This document shows, one piece after another, positions 29,058 to 38,867 of a DNA stretch of 64,000 bases. The notes under the pieces were generated by a model. It saw only the letters and a program-made list of their open reading frames with translations, searched no databases and was not told where the DNA came from. A program made the position numbers and the translations under genes. The DNA is from an uncultured Planctomycetota bacterium (GTDB lineage: Bacteria > Planctomycetota > PLA2 > JAEUHO01): contig CAVVXN010000005.1 of NCBI GenBank assembly GCA_963752285.1, forward strand, positions 2,272,001-2,336,000, in the 5' to 3' direction. Position 1 is the first letter of the stretch. Every line of letters begins with the position of its first letter.

Positions 29058-30026
29058 TCAGGCGCGCGACGGCGCGCGGGCGCCGTCCGTGGACGGGTGG
29101 ATCACGCGGCTGTACGGGGACATCCGCGGGTCGAGGACGAACCGGAGGAGGACCGCGGTCCACGAACGGTACGAGGCGAGCGGGTCGTAGAACTCGGACG
29201 CCCGCGCCTTGATCCGGGGCAGGCGGTTCCACGCCACGTTCATGAAGTCGTGGTGCTCGTTGTGGTAGCCGACGTTGAACGCGAGCAGGTTGGCGGCCCC
29301 GTAGTACGAGTAGGTCTCCTGGCCCGGGGTCGTGACGTAGTGCTCCTGGATCCACCGGCCGCCGAGCGGGTGCAGGCCGAGCCCGAAGAGCATCGACACC
29401 ACGACGTAGGCGAGCGCAAAGGGCCCGAAGAAGAACACGAGGACCGCGTCCGTCGTCGCCACGACGGCCGCGTTCGCGAGGGTCCAGCCGTCGATCAGGG
29501 GCACCGACCGGATCTTCCGGGGCCGGAGCGCCTGCGAGATCGAGAAGAAGGTCATCCAGACGGCCTTCCGCCACCAGGCGTGGCCGACCAGGCGCGCCTC
29601 CCAGGCGGGCGCGACGTCGGCGTCCAGCTCGGGCTCGCCCAGGAACCGGTGGTGGAGCAGGTGGTACTTGCGGAACGCGATCGCCCCCGGGAATCCGAGC
29701 GCGACGTCACAGAAGATCCCGATCAGCCGGTTCGCCGTCGCGGAACGCGCGACGAGGTTGTGCGTCGCCTCGTGGATCATGACGTAGAGGGCGTGCGCGA
29801 TCGTCGCTCCGATCACGTACGCGAGGAGCAGGCTCGCCCACCAGGGCCAGGTCGTCTGGAGCGCGGCGAGGGCGATCTGTGCCGCGACGAGCCCCACCAC
29901 CGCGAGGACCGTCCACCGGTTGGGGCCCGCGAGGTCAAGAACCTCCGGGTGGGCCCGGAGGATCTCCTTCCTCCGCACGAAGTGGACCTGCGGTCCGTCG
30001 CCGGGGATGAACGCTTCGGGAGACAT
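29058..30026 (-). CDS. Sphingolipid delta-4 desaturase (DEGS/DES)-like fatty acid desaturase
   Basis: N-terminal HFVRRKEILRAHPE; His boxes HEATH, HLLHH, HNEHH; GLHPLGG..QEHY and ETYSYYG..NLLAFNVGYHNEHHDF. Confidence 0.88.
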   Translation of the reverse strand: MSPEAFIPGDGPQVHFVRRKEILRAHPEVLDLAGPNRWTVLAVVGLVAAQIALAALQTTWPWWASLLLAYVIGATIAHALYVMIHEATHNLVARSATANRLIGIFCDVALGFPGAIAFRKYHLLHHRFLGEPELDADVAPAWEARLVGHAWWRKAVWMTFFSISQALRPRKIRSVPLIDGWTLANAAVVATTDAVLVFFFGPFALAYVVVSMLFGLGLHPLGGRWIQEHYVTTPGQETYSYYGAANLLAFNVGYHNEHHDFMNVAWNRLPRIKARASEFYDPLASYRSWTAVLLRFVLDPRMSPYSRVIHPSTDGARAPSRA

Positions 30027-30192
30027 CGATCGACCGTTCCGGTACGGAGGCGGATCGTACCGCCCGTGGCGGGCGGGCGATCCCGCGCGGGCGTCCCGAC
30101 CGTGCGTCGTGGGACGAACGGGTACCATGGCCGCCCCGGACGGGAGCAGGCGACGCGGGCGTCCCCGGGACGCGAGGAGAGCGAGGAGCGGG

Positions 30193-30987
30193 ATGACGGA
30201 AGAACCCTTCGCCGAGGAGATCGAGGACGGCGTCGCGACGATCGTCCTCGACCGGCCCGACCGGTTGAACGCGCTCACGTTCGAGGTCTACCGCCGGCTG
30301 ACCGACCGGTTCCGCGAGCTGCGCTTCGACGACGACGTGCGGGCGGTGGTGGTCACGGGCCGGGGCAAGGGGTTCTGCTCGGGCGGAGACGTCGAGGACA
30401 TCATCGGGAGGCTGTTCGAGCAGGACCCGCGCGCGACGCTCGAGTTCGCGCGGATGACGGGGGAGCTCGTCGAGAACGTACGGCGGCTCGACAAGCCCGT
30501 GGTCGCGGCGGTCAACGGCACGGCCGCCGGCGCCGGGTCCGTCCTGGCCCTCGCCTGCGACCTGCGGGTGGTCTCCGAGCGCGCCCGCTTCCACTTCCTC
30601 TTCTCGAAGGTGGGGCTCGCCGGTGCGGACATGGGCGCGGCCTGGCTGCTCCCGCGGATCGTCGGCCTCGGACGCGCCACGGAGTGGCTGTACCTCGGCG
30701 ACGGCGTGGACGCCGCGACGGCCCTCGCGGCCGGGCTCGCGAACCGCGTCGTCGCCCCCGACCAGGTCCTCCCCGCGGCCCTCGAGATCGCGCGGACGCT
30801 CGCGAAGGGCCCGAGCCTCGCGCTCTCGCTCACGAAGCGGGCCCTCCTCGGCGAGCAGTCCATGGACCTCGCGTCGGCCATCGAGCACGAGGCGGTCCTC
30901 CAGGCGTACCTGCTCCGCGCGGAGGACCACCGGCGCTTCTACGACGCGTGGCGCGAAGGGCGGCCGCCGGAGTTCCTCGGGCGGTGA
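30193..30987 (+). CDS. Enoyl-CoA hydratase family protein (AbmC-like)
   Basis: NALTFEVY, FCSGGDVEDIIG, FARMTGELV, VGLAGADMGAAWLLPRIVG; AGGAG RBS. Confidence 0.9.
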   Translation: MTEEPFAEEIEDGVATIVLDRPDRLNALTFEVYRRLTDRFRELRFDDDVRAVVVTGRGKGFCSGGDVEDIIGRLFEQDPRATLEFARMTGELVENVRRLDKPVVAAVNGTAAGAGSVLALACDLRVVSERARFHFLFSKVGLAGADMGAAWLLPRIVGLGRATEWLYLGDGVDAATALAAGLANRVVAPDQVLPAALEIARTLAKGPSLALSLTKRALLGEQSMDLASAIEHEAVLQAYLLRAEDHRRFYDAWREGRPPEFLGR

Positions 30988-32186
30988 CGACACACGCCCA
31001 CTACGACCCGGGCGACGCGCGCGCCCGCTACGGCTGGTCCGACGACGACGAGGCCTGGCGGCGGCGGGCCGAGGACTTCGCGGCCGAGCGTCTGGCCCCC
31101 GACGCGACCGCGCGAGACCGCGCCGGCGGGTTCGACCGCGCGCTGGCCCTCGCACTCGGCGAGGCCGGACTGCTCGGCGCCTCCCTTCCTCGCGCGCGCG
31201 GCGGCGGCAGCGCGACGACGGTCGCAGCGTGCCTCGTGGCCGAGGAGCTCGGCGCGGTGGACGGGAGCGCGCGGGGGTTCCTCGCGGTGCAGGTGGACCT
31301 CGTCGCGAGGACGGTCTCCGAGCACGGGACGGACGCGCAGCGCGCCACCTGGCTCCCCGGCCTCCTCGACGGCTCGAAGATCGGCGGCTACGCGCTGACC
31401 GAGCCCGAAGCGGGGAGCGACGTCGGCGCGATCCGCACGAGGGCGACGCCGGACGGCGACGGCGTGGTCATCGACGGCGAGAAGGTATGGATCACGAACG
31501 GCGGCGTCGCGGACGTGCTCCTCGTCTTCGCGAGCGCCGACCCGTCGGCGGGGACCCGCGGTCTCGAGTGCCACCTCGTTCCGGGCGACGCGCCGGGTCT
31601 CTCGCGCGCGCCGGTCGGCGGCGAGGCGGTCGGGCACCGTGCGTCCGACCACGCGCGTCTCGTCTTCGAGGGCGTCCACGTACCGCGCGCGAGCCGCCTC
31701 GGCGCCGCTCGCGGCGGGTTCGCCGTGGCGATGGGCGCGCTCGCGCACGGACGGCTCCACGTGGCGGCGGGCGCGGTGGGCATCCACCGCGCGTGTCTCG
31801 ACGTGGCCGTGGACTTCGCGCGGCGCCGACGGCAGTTCGGCTCCCGGATCGGCGACTTCCAGCAGGTGGGCGCGACGCTCGCCGAGATGGCCACCTCGCT
31901 CGAGGCCTCGCGCGCGCTGGTCCTCTCGGCCGCGCGGCAGGCGGACCTCGGGCTCGAGCACGCCGGCGCGGCGAGCGCGGCGAAGCTCGTGGCGACGGAG
32001 GCCGCGCTCGGCGCGGCGACGCGGGCGATCCAGATCGTGGGCTCGCGCGCCTACACCGACGAGCTTCCCCTCGGTCGGCACTGGCGCGACGCGGTGGCGC
32101 TCACGATCTACGAGGGAACGAGCAACGTGCAGCGGCTGATCCTCGCCCGGCGGCTCCTGGGCAAGGACGAGGAGGCGCGGACGTGA
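30984..32186 (+). CDS. Acyl-CoA dehydrogenase
   Basis: YALTEPEAGSD, GEKVWITNG, RRQFG, TIYEGTSNVQR; GTGA overlap. Confidence 0.93.
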   Translation: MTTHAHYDPGDARARYGWSDDDEAWRRRAEDFAAERLAPDATARDRAGGFDRALALALGEAGLLGASLPRARGGGSATTVAACLVAEELGAVDGSARGFLAVQVDLVARTVSEHGTDAQRATWLPGLLDGSKIGGYALTEPEAGSDVGAIRTRATPDGDGVVIDGEKVWITNGGVADVLLVFASADPSAGTRGLECHLVPGDAPGLSRAPVGGEAVGHRASDHARLVFEGVHVPRASRLGAARGGFAVAMGALAHGRLHVAAGAVGIHRACLDVAVDFARRRRQFGSRIGDFQQVGATLAEMATSLEASRALVLSAARQADLGLEHAGAASAAKLVATEAALGAATRAIQIVGSRAYTDELPLGRHWRDAVALTIYEGTSNVQRLILARRLLGKDEEART

Positions 32187-32599
32187 ACGACCAGGGCCCC
32201 TGGCGCAAGATCGACCCGCCGGCGCTGGCGCGCCCCATCGGCTACGCCCACGCGGTCGAGTCGAGGGGCGGCCGACGCATCTCGATCGCCGGGCAGGTCG
32301 CGATGGACCCGTCGGGGCGCGTCGGCTTCCGCGGCGACCTCGTGGCGCAGGCGCGGTGTGCGTTCGAGAACGTGCGGACGGTCCTCGACGCGGCGGACGC
32401 GCGGCCCGAGCACGTCGTTCGCATGCGCGTGTTCGTCCTCGACGCGAGGGCGTGGGCCGCGAACAGCCGCGCGATCGGCGAGGCGTGGCGCAACACGTTC
32501 GGGCGCTGGTTCCCCGCCATGACCCTCGTCCAGGTCGCGGGCCTCTACGACGAAGGCGCGCTGGTCGAGGTCGAGGCGGAGGCGGTCGTCCCGGACTGA
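32183..32599 (+). CDS. RidA/YjgF family protein (AbmF-like)
   Basis: GYAHAV, IAGQV, AQARCAFENV, FPAMTLVQV, LVEVEA; GTGA overlap. Confidence 0.9.
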   Translation: MNDQGPWRKIDPPALARPIGYAHAVESRGGRRISIAGQVAMDPSGRVGFRGDLVAQARCAFENVRTVLDAADARPEHVVRMRVFVLDARAWAANSRAIGEAWRNTFGRWFPAMTLVQVAGLYDEGALVEVEAEAVVPD

Positions 32600-32672
32600 C
32601 GCCACGGCCGCGGCGCGCGGCACGCGCCACGCGGCGGGGGGCCGGCTGCGGGGGGTCGGGTACCCTCGGGGG

Positions 32673-34643
32673 ATGCCTCTCGTCGCGGCCCACCGGATCT
32701 CGATGCACCATGGCGGGCCGCTGCTCTTCGGCGACGTGAGCCTGGCCGTCGAACCCGGCGCGCGAATCGGGCTCGTCGGGCGGAACGGCGCGGGCAAGTC
32801 CACGCTGCTGAAGATCCTCGCCGGTCTCTCGCCCCCGACCGCGGGCACGGTCACGGTGCCGAGCGGCGTCCGCGTGGCGTACCAGGCGCAGGAGCTCGAC
32901 ATCCCGCCTCAGACGACGGTCAAGTCCGCGATGCGCGCCGTCCTGGAGGACCGGCTCCGCGCGGCCGAGCGTCTCGTCGAGACCGCGCGGGCGATCGCGG
33001 ACGCCGGCGACGAGAGGGCCCGCGAGAAGCTGCTCGGCGCCTACGCCCGCCTCGAAGAGGCCGAGGCGCGCTCGGGCTTCCTCGACTGGGAGCGACGGAT
33101 CGAGACCCTCCTCGACCACTTGGGCCTCCCCGAGACGACGTGGGAGACCCCCGTCGGCGCCTTCTCGGGCGGCGAACGCAACGTGATCGGGCTCGCGCGC
33201 GTGCTCCTGGCCGAGCCCGACGTCATGCTTCTCGACGAGCCGTCGAACCACCTCGACATGGACGGCGTCGAGTGGTTCGTAGACTGGCTGCGTCGCGCGC
33301 GGACGGCGTGCGTGATCGTCAGCCACAACCGGCACCTGCTCGACGTGGCCGTGAACGAGATCTGGGAGCTCGAGTCGCGGACGGTCAAGCGCTGGCCGGG
33401 CTCGTACTCGGACTACCAGCGCCAGAAGGCGGAGGCCCTCCTCCGCCAGGAGCGCCAGTACAAGGCCCAGCAGCGCTGGATCGCGCGCATCGAGTTCCAG
33501 GCGCGGCGCCTGATGGACATGGCGAACGCGTACGACGACCCCGGACAGGCGAAGCGCGCGAAGTCGATGCTGAAACGCCTCGATCGCGTGGAGCGGATCG
33601 AGCCGCCGCCGGGGGAACGGCCCCGGCTCCGTGGCTCCCTCGCCGGCGCGCCCCGACACGGTCGGATCGCGCTCCAGGTCCGCGACTTCTCGTACCAGAT
33701 CGGGGACCGCGTGCTCTTCGACCACGCGCACCTCGAGATCGAGTACGGCGAACGTGTGTGCCTCGTCGGGCCGAACGGGAGCGGGAAGTCCACGCTCTTC
33801 CACGAGATCGTGAACCACGGCGACTGGGAGAACCCGACGATCCGCCTCGGGCGTTCCGTGCGCCTCGGCGAGTACCGTCAGCTCTTCGACGACCTCGACC
33901 CCGGCGCGACGCTCCTCGGCTGGGCCGCGGGCCTCACGCGCGGCCGCGAGCGCGAGGCGTCGGACCTGCTCCACCGGTTCCTGTTCACCCGCGAGGACCT
34001 GGACCGGCCCATCGGGACCCTGTCCGGCGGCGAGAAGAGCCGACTCGAGCTCGCGCGGCTCGTCCACGCGAAGGTGAACCTGCTCCTCCTCGACGAGCCC
34101 ACGAACCACCTGGACATCGCCTCGGCGGAGGTGCTCGAGGAGATGCTCCAGGAGTTCGAGGGCACGCTCTTCGTGATCAGCCACGACCGCTACTTCCTCG
34201 ATCGCCTCGTGGACCGGGTGGTCGAGGTGGAAGGCGGTCGGCTCGTGGACCGCCCCGGCCCCTTCGCCGCCTGGTGGCAGGCCCGGAGCGGACACGCGCG
34301 ACGGCGGGCCCTCGAGGACCGTCGCGAGGGCCGGGACAAGCAGGAGGCCCGCGAGGCCTTCGAGGCCCGGAAGGAGGCCCGTCGCGCCCGCGACCGGCAC
34401 CGAAGTCGCGTCGAGCGCCTGGAGGACGAGATCGCCGCCCTGGAGCGGGCGCAGGCCGAGCTCCAGCGGGCGTTCGAGGACGTCTGGCAGGAGGGCCGGC
34501 CCCGGGAGGAGGGGGCCGAGATCGAGCGCCGGATCGCGGCGGGCAAGGACCGGCTCGAGGCGCTCTACGAGCGGTGGGCCGTGGTCACGGAGGCGGCGCC
34601 CGACCCCCGGGGCGACGCCCCCGGCGGGTCGTCGGGGGCCTGA
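32673..34643 (+). CDS. ABC-F family ATPase
   Basis: Two ABC domains (GRNGAGKS/LLDEPSNHLD; GPNGSGKS/LSGGE/LLDEPTNHLD), no TM segments, C-terminal coiled coil. Confidence 0.95.
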   Translation: MPLVAAHRISMHHGGPLLFGDVSLAVEPGARIGLVGRNGAGKSTLLKILAGLSPPTAGTVTVPSGVRVAYQAQELDIPPQTTVKSAMRAVLEDRLRAAERLVETARAIADAGDERAREKLLGAYARLEEAEARSGFLDWERRIETLLDHLGLPETTWETPVGAFSGGERNVIGLARVLLAEPDVMLLDEPSNHLDMDGVEWFVDWLRRARTACVIVSHNRHLLDVAVNEIWELESRTVKRWPGSYSDYQRQKAEALLRQERQYKAQQRWIARIEFQARRLMDMANAYDDPGQAKRAKSMLKRLDRVERIEPPPGERPRLRGSLAGAPRHGRIALQVRDFSYQIGDRVLFDHAHLEIEYGERVCLVGPNGSGKSTLFHEIVNHGDWENPTIRLGRSVRLGEYRQLFDDLDPGATLLGWAAGLTRGREREASDLLHRFLFTREDLDRPIGTLSGGEKSRLELARLVHAKVNLLLLDEPTNHLDIASAEVLEEMLQEFEGTLFVISHDRYFLDRLVDRVVEVEGGRLVDRPGPFAAWWQARSGHARRRALEDRREGRDKQEAREAFEARKEARRARDRHRSRVERLEDEIAALERAQAELQRAFEDVWQEGRPREEGAEIERRIAAGKDRLEALYERWAVVTEAAPDPRGDAPGGSSGA

Positions 34644-34656
34644 GCCGGCGCCCGGC

Positions 34657-34684
34657 GCAAGTTCGCGCCGGCCCTGGTCGAAAG
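34657..34684 (+). promoter_or_regulatory. Possible sigma28-like promoter
   Basis: GCAAG-N15-GTCGAAAG, 55 nt before ATG 34740; partial match to TAAAG...GCCGATAA. Confidence 0.3.
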
Positions 34685-34739
34685 GGACCTGCCCGAGCCG
34701 CCCTCGCCCCAGGCCAGGGGTCGGCCGGCCGGGGAACCC

Positions 34740-36701
34740 ATGCCCGCGCCCGACCTCCGATCGTCCGCCGGACCCGACCTCGTGATCCGCCTCGCGGAAC
34801 GGTGGGCGGACTTCACCAAGGCGTGCGCGATCTACCCCGACGCGAACACGCGGGTGCGACGGGCGCTCGACGAGATGATCGAGGCCCTCCCCGCCGCCTA
34901 CGGCGAGGTTCGAGCCGGTCACGGGCTCGAGATCTGCTTCTCCGCCACGGAGGTCCACGTCGCGGGCCGGGTCGTCCCGTTCGCGCGAGGCTCGAACCTG
35001 GAGTGGCTCGCGGACCGCCTGCACCGGGCCGCGCTCGCGGGCGTCGAGCTGAAGGACGGGGCCACGCTCGACTCGGTGCTGCGGTTCACGAAGCGGCTGC
35101 TCGCAATCTACACGCTACAGGACGTAGAACGCACCTTCGACGCGCTCTGGCCGGATGCGACGGACTTCGAGGGCCTCCGCCTCGTGGACCGCCGTTTCGC
35201 GGGGACGTTCGGCGAGCGTCACGAGGACGACGAGCGCCCCGTGTCGTGGGGCGAGAGCGGGCTCGTGGACCTCTCGAGCGAACGCCCGATCGCCTCCGCC
35301 CTCAGCGCGAGCCCGCGCGTCGCCGCGGCGCTGGCGCGCCTCCAGTCGCTGCTCGACGCGTCCCACGGGGGCACGGAGGAGGTCACCGAGGTCGAGGTGC
35401 TCGCACGCCTCCTCCGGCAGATGCCGCGCGACGTGATGCACGAGCCCCGGATGGTGGTCCGTCTCGTCGAGCAGACGCTCGACCAACTCGCGGCGCGCCT
35501 CGAGGACGGCGTGAGCGCGGGCGCGTGCGAGCTGCCGGGCGACGCCGACATGGTCGCGCTCATGTTCGAGGCCAGCCAGGGCCTGCTCGGGCGCGCGAAC
35601 GACGCGCCGACCCTCCTGCCGGAGATCGACCGGTACGAGGACCTCGTCTTCGACGAGGCGGATCCGCCCGCGACGGGCGGCGCGTCGTCGCGGGACCGCG
35701 ACCGCGACGTCCAGGACGATCCCGGCGCGTTCTGGGCGGACGTCTCCCAGCTCCCCGAGGCGTTCAAGGCCCCCTTGACGCGGACCACGATCGGCAGCGA
35801 CGGGGAACAGAGCGGGGTCTTCCTCCACTTCCTGGCGGACGCCGCGGCGACGGAGCTCCATCCGTTCGCCAGGACCGCCCTCGCGCGACTGCTCGCCCGG
35901 CCCTCCGAGCAGAGTGTGAGCGTCCTCGCGTCGTATCTGCGACCCGATCCGGGTGGGGACCGGTCGCGGTGGGAAGCTCGGTACGAGCGCCTGGTGGCGT
36001 TCCTGCGCGAGTCCCGACTCGCCGGGATCCTTCGGCGGTGCGACATCCTGACCCCCCAGGACGTACGCTTGGACTTCCCGCGCGACTTCGGTCTCTACAT
36101 CGACGCGATCGAGCCGAGCTCGGCTCCCGACCTCGCGGAGCTCGCGGGGGTGGTCGCGAGCGTGGGACGCTCCCAGGTCCTGGCCGCGCGCGACGTGCTC
36201 GTGGAGCAGGAGGGGATTCTCGACCCCCGCCGCGTGGAGCGCATCGTCGCCAGCCCGAGCGAGGCGATGCTGCCGCTCCTCCGGATCCTGATCGACCGCG
36301 GAGACCCCGAGACGCGCCGCCGCGCCGTCGCCGCGCTGAAAAAGCTCCAGGCCGAGGCCGCGGGCGCGTGCCTGCTCTTCGTCGTGGACCAGCCCGAGCT
36401 CCTACCTAGAGACTACCTCCTCGCGTTGACCGACGTGCCGCCCGGCGCGGACGACCCCGGACGGTTCCGCATCCGGGTGGCCCAGACGCTCGCGCAGTAC
36501 CTCGACGCCACGGCCGGGGACACGGCCCGCACGTCCCGTCGTCTGTACGCGATCCAGCACCTGAGGCGCTACATGACCTCCGACGCGCGCGCCGCCCTGG
36601 AACGGATCCTCGGCCGGCGGCGTTGGTTCGTGCTCCCGAGCGAGCCGAAGGCCGTCCGGGAGGCGGCCCACGCCGCGCTCCGCGACACCAAGGCCCTCTG
36701 A
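34740..36701 (+). CDS. Hypothetical helical (HEAT-like) protein, partner of HD-GYP gene
   Basis: 653 aa; N-terminal IYPDAN..VRRAL segment; C-terminal HEAT-like helices (RGDPETRRRAVAAL; RRRWF...VREAAHAAL). Confidence 0.75.
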   Translation: MPAPDLRSSAGPDLVIRLAERWADFTKACAIYPDANTRVRRALDEMIEALPAAYGEVRAGHGLEICFSATEVHVAGRVVPFARGSNLEWLADRLHRAALAGVELKDGATLDSVLRFTKRLLAIYTLQDVERTFDALWPDATDFEGLRLVDRRFAGTFGERHEDDERPVSWGESGLVDLSSERPIASALSASPRVAAALARLQSLLDASHGGTEEVTEVEVLARLLRQMPRDVMHEPRMVVRLVEQTLDQLAARLEDGVSAGACELPGDADMVALMFEASQGLLGRANDAPTLLPEIDRYEDLVFDEADPPATGGASSRDRDRDVQDDPGAFWADVSQLPEAFKAPLTRTTIGSDGEQSGVFLHFLADAAATELHPFARTALARLLARPSEQSVSVLASYLRPDPGGDRSRWEARYERLVAFLRESRLAGILRRCDILTPQDVRLDFPRDFGLYIDAIEPSSAPDLAELAGVVASVGRSQVLAARDVLVEQEGILDPRRVERIVASPSEAMLPLLRILIDRGDPETRRRAVAALKKLQAEAAGACLLFVVDQPELLPRDYLLALTDVPPGADDPGRFRIRVAQTLAQYLDATAGDTARTSRRLYAIQHLRRYMTSDARAALERILGRRRWFVLPSEPKAVREAAHAALRDTKAL

Positions 36702-36712
36702 GGAGGATCGGG

Positions 36713-38146
36713 ATGTGCCAGCAACCCGTCGCCGATCCGCACCTCGATGGCACGCCGCAGACCCCGGCGGACCTCGCCGACGACGTCTGCCTGGTCCTGA
36801 ACCACGCGCGGTTCTACGGCCCCGCGCACCGGAGCGTCGAGGACGCCGTCCAAAGGGCCGTGCGCACGGCCCGGGCGGTGACCGCCGGCCGCCCGCTCGA
36901 GCTCGGCTACGCCGACGCGTGCCTCTTCGTGGACGAGCGCCCCATGCTCGACGCGACCCGAGCGGCCGCACGCCTGCGCCCCCTCCTCGAAGCGGTCGGC
37001 TCGGGTGGGCTCTCGATCGGACCGGGGACCGCGGCCCAGGACCTCCTGGCGCTCGTGAGCGTCGCCTCGCGCCGCGACCTCTCCGACCTCGACGTCGTGT
37101 CGGCCAACGAGGCCCTCGCGGCGGAGGGGGCGACGGAGATCCGGTTCCTCGGGCCGTACGGGCTCGGCCGGGACGGCGGCGACGCGCGACACGGCGACGC
37201 GGACGCCCGCGGGCCCGACGGCGACGCCGCCGGCAGCATCTTCGTTCCGGAGCGCCTGTACGACACCCTGTTCGACCACCTGACCGACGTGATGACGAGG
37301 CTCCTTCGCGGAGACCTCTTCATGCTCGACGACACGAGAGGATGCGTCGAGACGCTCCTGAAACGCCTCAACCAGAACGCCTCGCAGGTGATGCAGGTGG
37401 TGGACCGGACCAACACGCGTTCGGACGTGTTCCAGTTCCGCCACTTCATCCGCGTCGCGTGCCTCGCCCTCAACTTCGCCCGCGCGCTCACGGACGACCG
37501 CGACGCGCTCGTCCGGATCGGGACCGCGGCACTCCTCCACGACGTCGGAAAGCGGGACGTGCCGGAGAGCGTGCTCACGCACCACGGCCGGCTCGAGGGC
37601 GAGATGCTCGAGCAGATGCAGCGCCACCCGGTCTATGGCGCGCAGATCCTGATGCAGATCCCCGACACCGACCCGCTCGCCATCGCGATCGCCTTCGGTC
37701 ACCACCGCGAGCTCGGCGAGGGGGGCTATCCCTCGACGCTGCACCGCGCGGCGCTCTCCCCCGCGACGCGCATCGTGAAGCTCTGCGACGTCTACGAGGC
37801 GCTCACGGCGGAGCGTCCGTACAAGGACCCGATGCCCCCCCGCCGCGCATACCGGGTGATGATGTCGATGGGGCAGCACTTCGACCGCGCGCTGCTCCAC
37901 CGGTTCATCCTCGAGAACGGGATCTGGCCGGTGGGGAGCGTGGTCCGCTTCGAGTCCGGGGCGAGTGCGCGCGTCGTGGAACAGACCGACCGGCTCGCCC
38001 AGCCGGTCGTGCTGGTCGCCGGCGAAGAGGAGACCATGGACCTCCGCCGGCCCGAGGCACGGGCCCTCGGCGAGATCACGGGTTTCACGCCGACGTCCGA
38101 CCCGATCCGGATCCGACGCCAGGCGCCCTCCCCCGCGAACGCGTGA
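36713..38146 (+). CDS. HD-GYP domain phosphodiesterase
   Basis: LLHDVGK, HPVYG, HH...GGYP, DVYEALTAERPYK; GAGGAGG RBS. Confidence 0.92.
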   Translation: MCQQPVADPHLDGTPQTPADLADDVCLVLNHARFYGPAHRSVEDAVQRAVRTARAVTAGRPLELGYADACLFVDERPMLDATRAAARLRPLLEAVGSGGLSIGPGTAAQDLLALVSVASRRDLSDLDVVSANEALAAEGATEIRFLGPYGLGRDGGDARHGDADARGPDGDAAGSIFVPERLYDTLFDHLTDVMTRLLRGDLFMLDDTRGCVETLLKRLNQNASQVMQVVDRTNTRSDVFQFRHFIRVACLALNFARALTDDRDALVRIGTAALLHDVGKRDVPESVLTHHGRLEGEMLEQMQRHPVYGAQILMQIPDTDPLAIAIAFGHHRELGEGGYPSTLHRAALSPATRIVKLCDVYEALTAERPYKDPMPPRRAYRVMMSMGQHFDRALLHRFILENGIWPVGSVVRFESGASARVVEQTDRLAQPVVLVAGEEETMDLRRPEARALGEITGFTPTSDPIRIRRQAPSPANA

Positions 38147-38189
38147 GCCGGTCCGCGGCCGCCCGCGGCGGGCCTCGTCGCGCGAAGGC

Positions 38190-38252
38190 TTCGTCGAGAC
38201 GCTGGTTCGTCGAGACGTTCGTCCGTCGAGACGTCAGTTCGTCGAGATCAGG
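38190..38252. repeat. Four degenerate 16-bp tandem units (TTCGTCGAGACGnnnG)
   Basis: Units start at 38190, 38206, 38222, 38238; the last is the 3' end of the FKBP gene. Confidence 0.8.
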
Positions 38253-38830
38253 TGGACCTGGAAGACGAGGGTGGACCCCGGGGGGATGAGATCGCCCGGC
38301 GGATGGTCGCCGTAGGCGAGCTCCGGCGGGATCACGAACACGTAGGTGGCACCTTCCCGCATCAGCTGGAGCCCCTCGGTCCAGCCGCGGATCACGCCGC
38401 CCAAGGGGAACGAAATCGGCTGTCCCCGGCGGTAGGACGAGTCGAAGAGCGTGCCGTCGGTGAGCCAGCCGCTGTAGTGGACGGTCACGTTGGCGTTCGG
38501 ACCGGACGGCCTCTTCCCCGTGCCCTCCTGGAGCGCCTCGTAGCGGAGACCGGAGGGGGTGGTCCTCAAGTCGGCGGGGTCGGGACGCGGGAACGCGGGC
38601 TGGCCCGTCCCCGACGCCGCGGGCGGCGCGCCGGCGCCCGGGTGGGCCGGGTTCGCCGCCGGGTTCGCGGTCGGGCTCGAAGCGGAGGACGCCGTGGGGC
38701 TCGTCCCGGCACGCGACGACGACGGCGTGGTGCCGTTCGAGGACGGCGGCTCGGCGACGTCCCGGTCTCCGCACGCGGCGAGGAGCGCGGCCAGGGTCGC
38801 GAGGAGGAGGAAGGGCAGAAGGGTTCGCAT
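38234..38830 (-). CDS. FKBP-type peptidyl-prolyl isomerase lipoprotein
   Basis: Lipobox LAAC; VHYSGWL, FDSS, VIRGWTEGL, IPPELAYG, IPPGSTLVF. Confidence 0.95.
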   Translation of the reverse strand: MRTLLPFLLLATLAALLAACGDRDVAEPPSSNGTTPSSSRAGTSPTASSASSPTANPAANPAHPGAGAPPAASGTGQPAFPRPDPADLRTTPSGLRYEALQEGTGKRPSGPNANVTVHYSGWLTDGTLFDSSYRRGQPISFPLGGVIRGWTEGLQLMREGATYVFVIPPELAYGDHPPGDLIPPGSTLVFQVHLISTN

Positions 38831-38867
38831 GCGGTCGGAGGATACCCGCCGGTCCGGCCGAGTTGCG

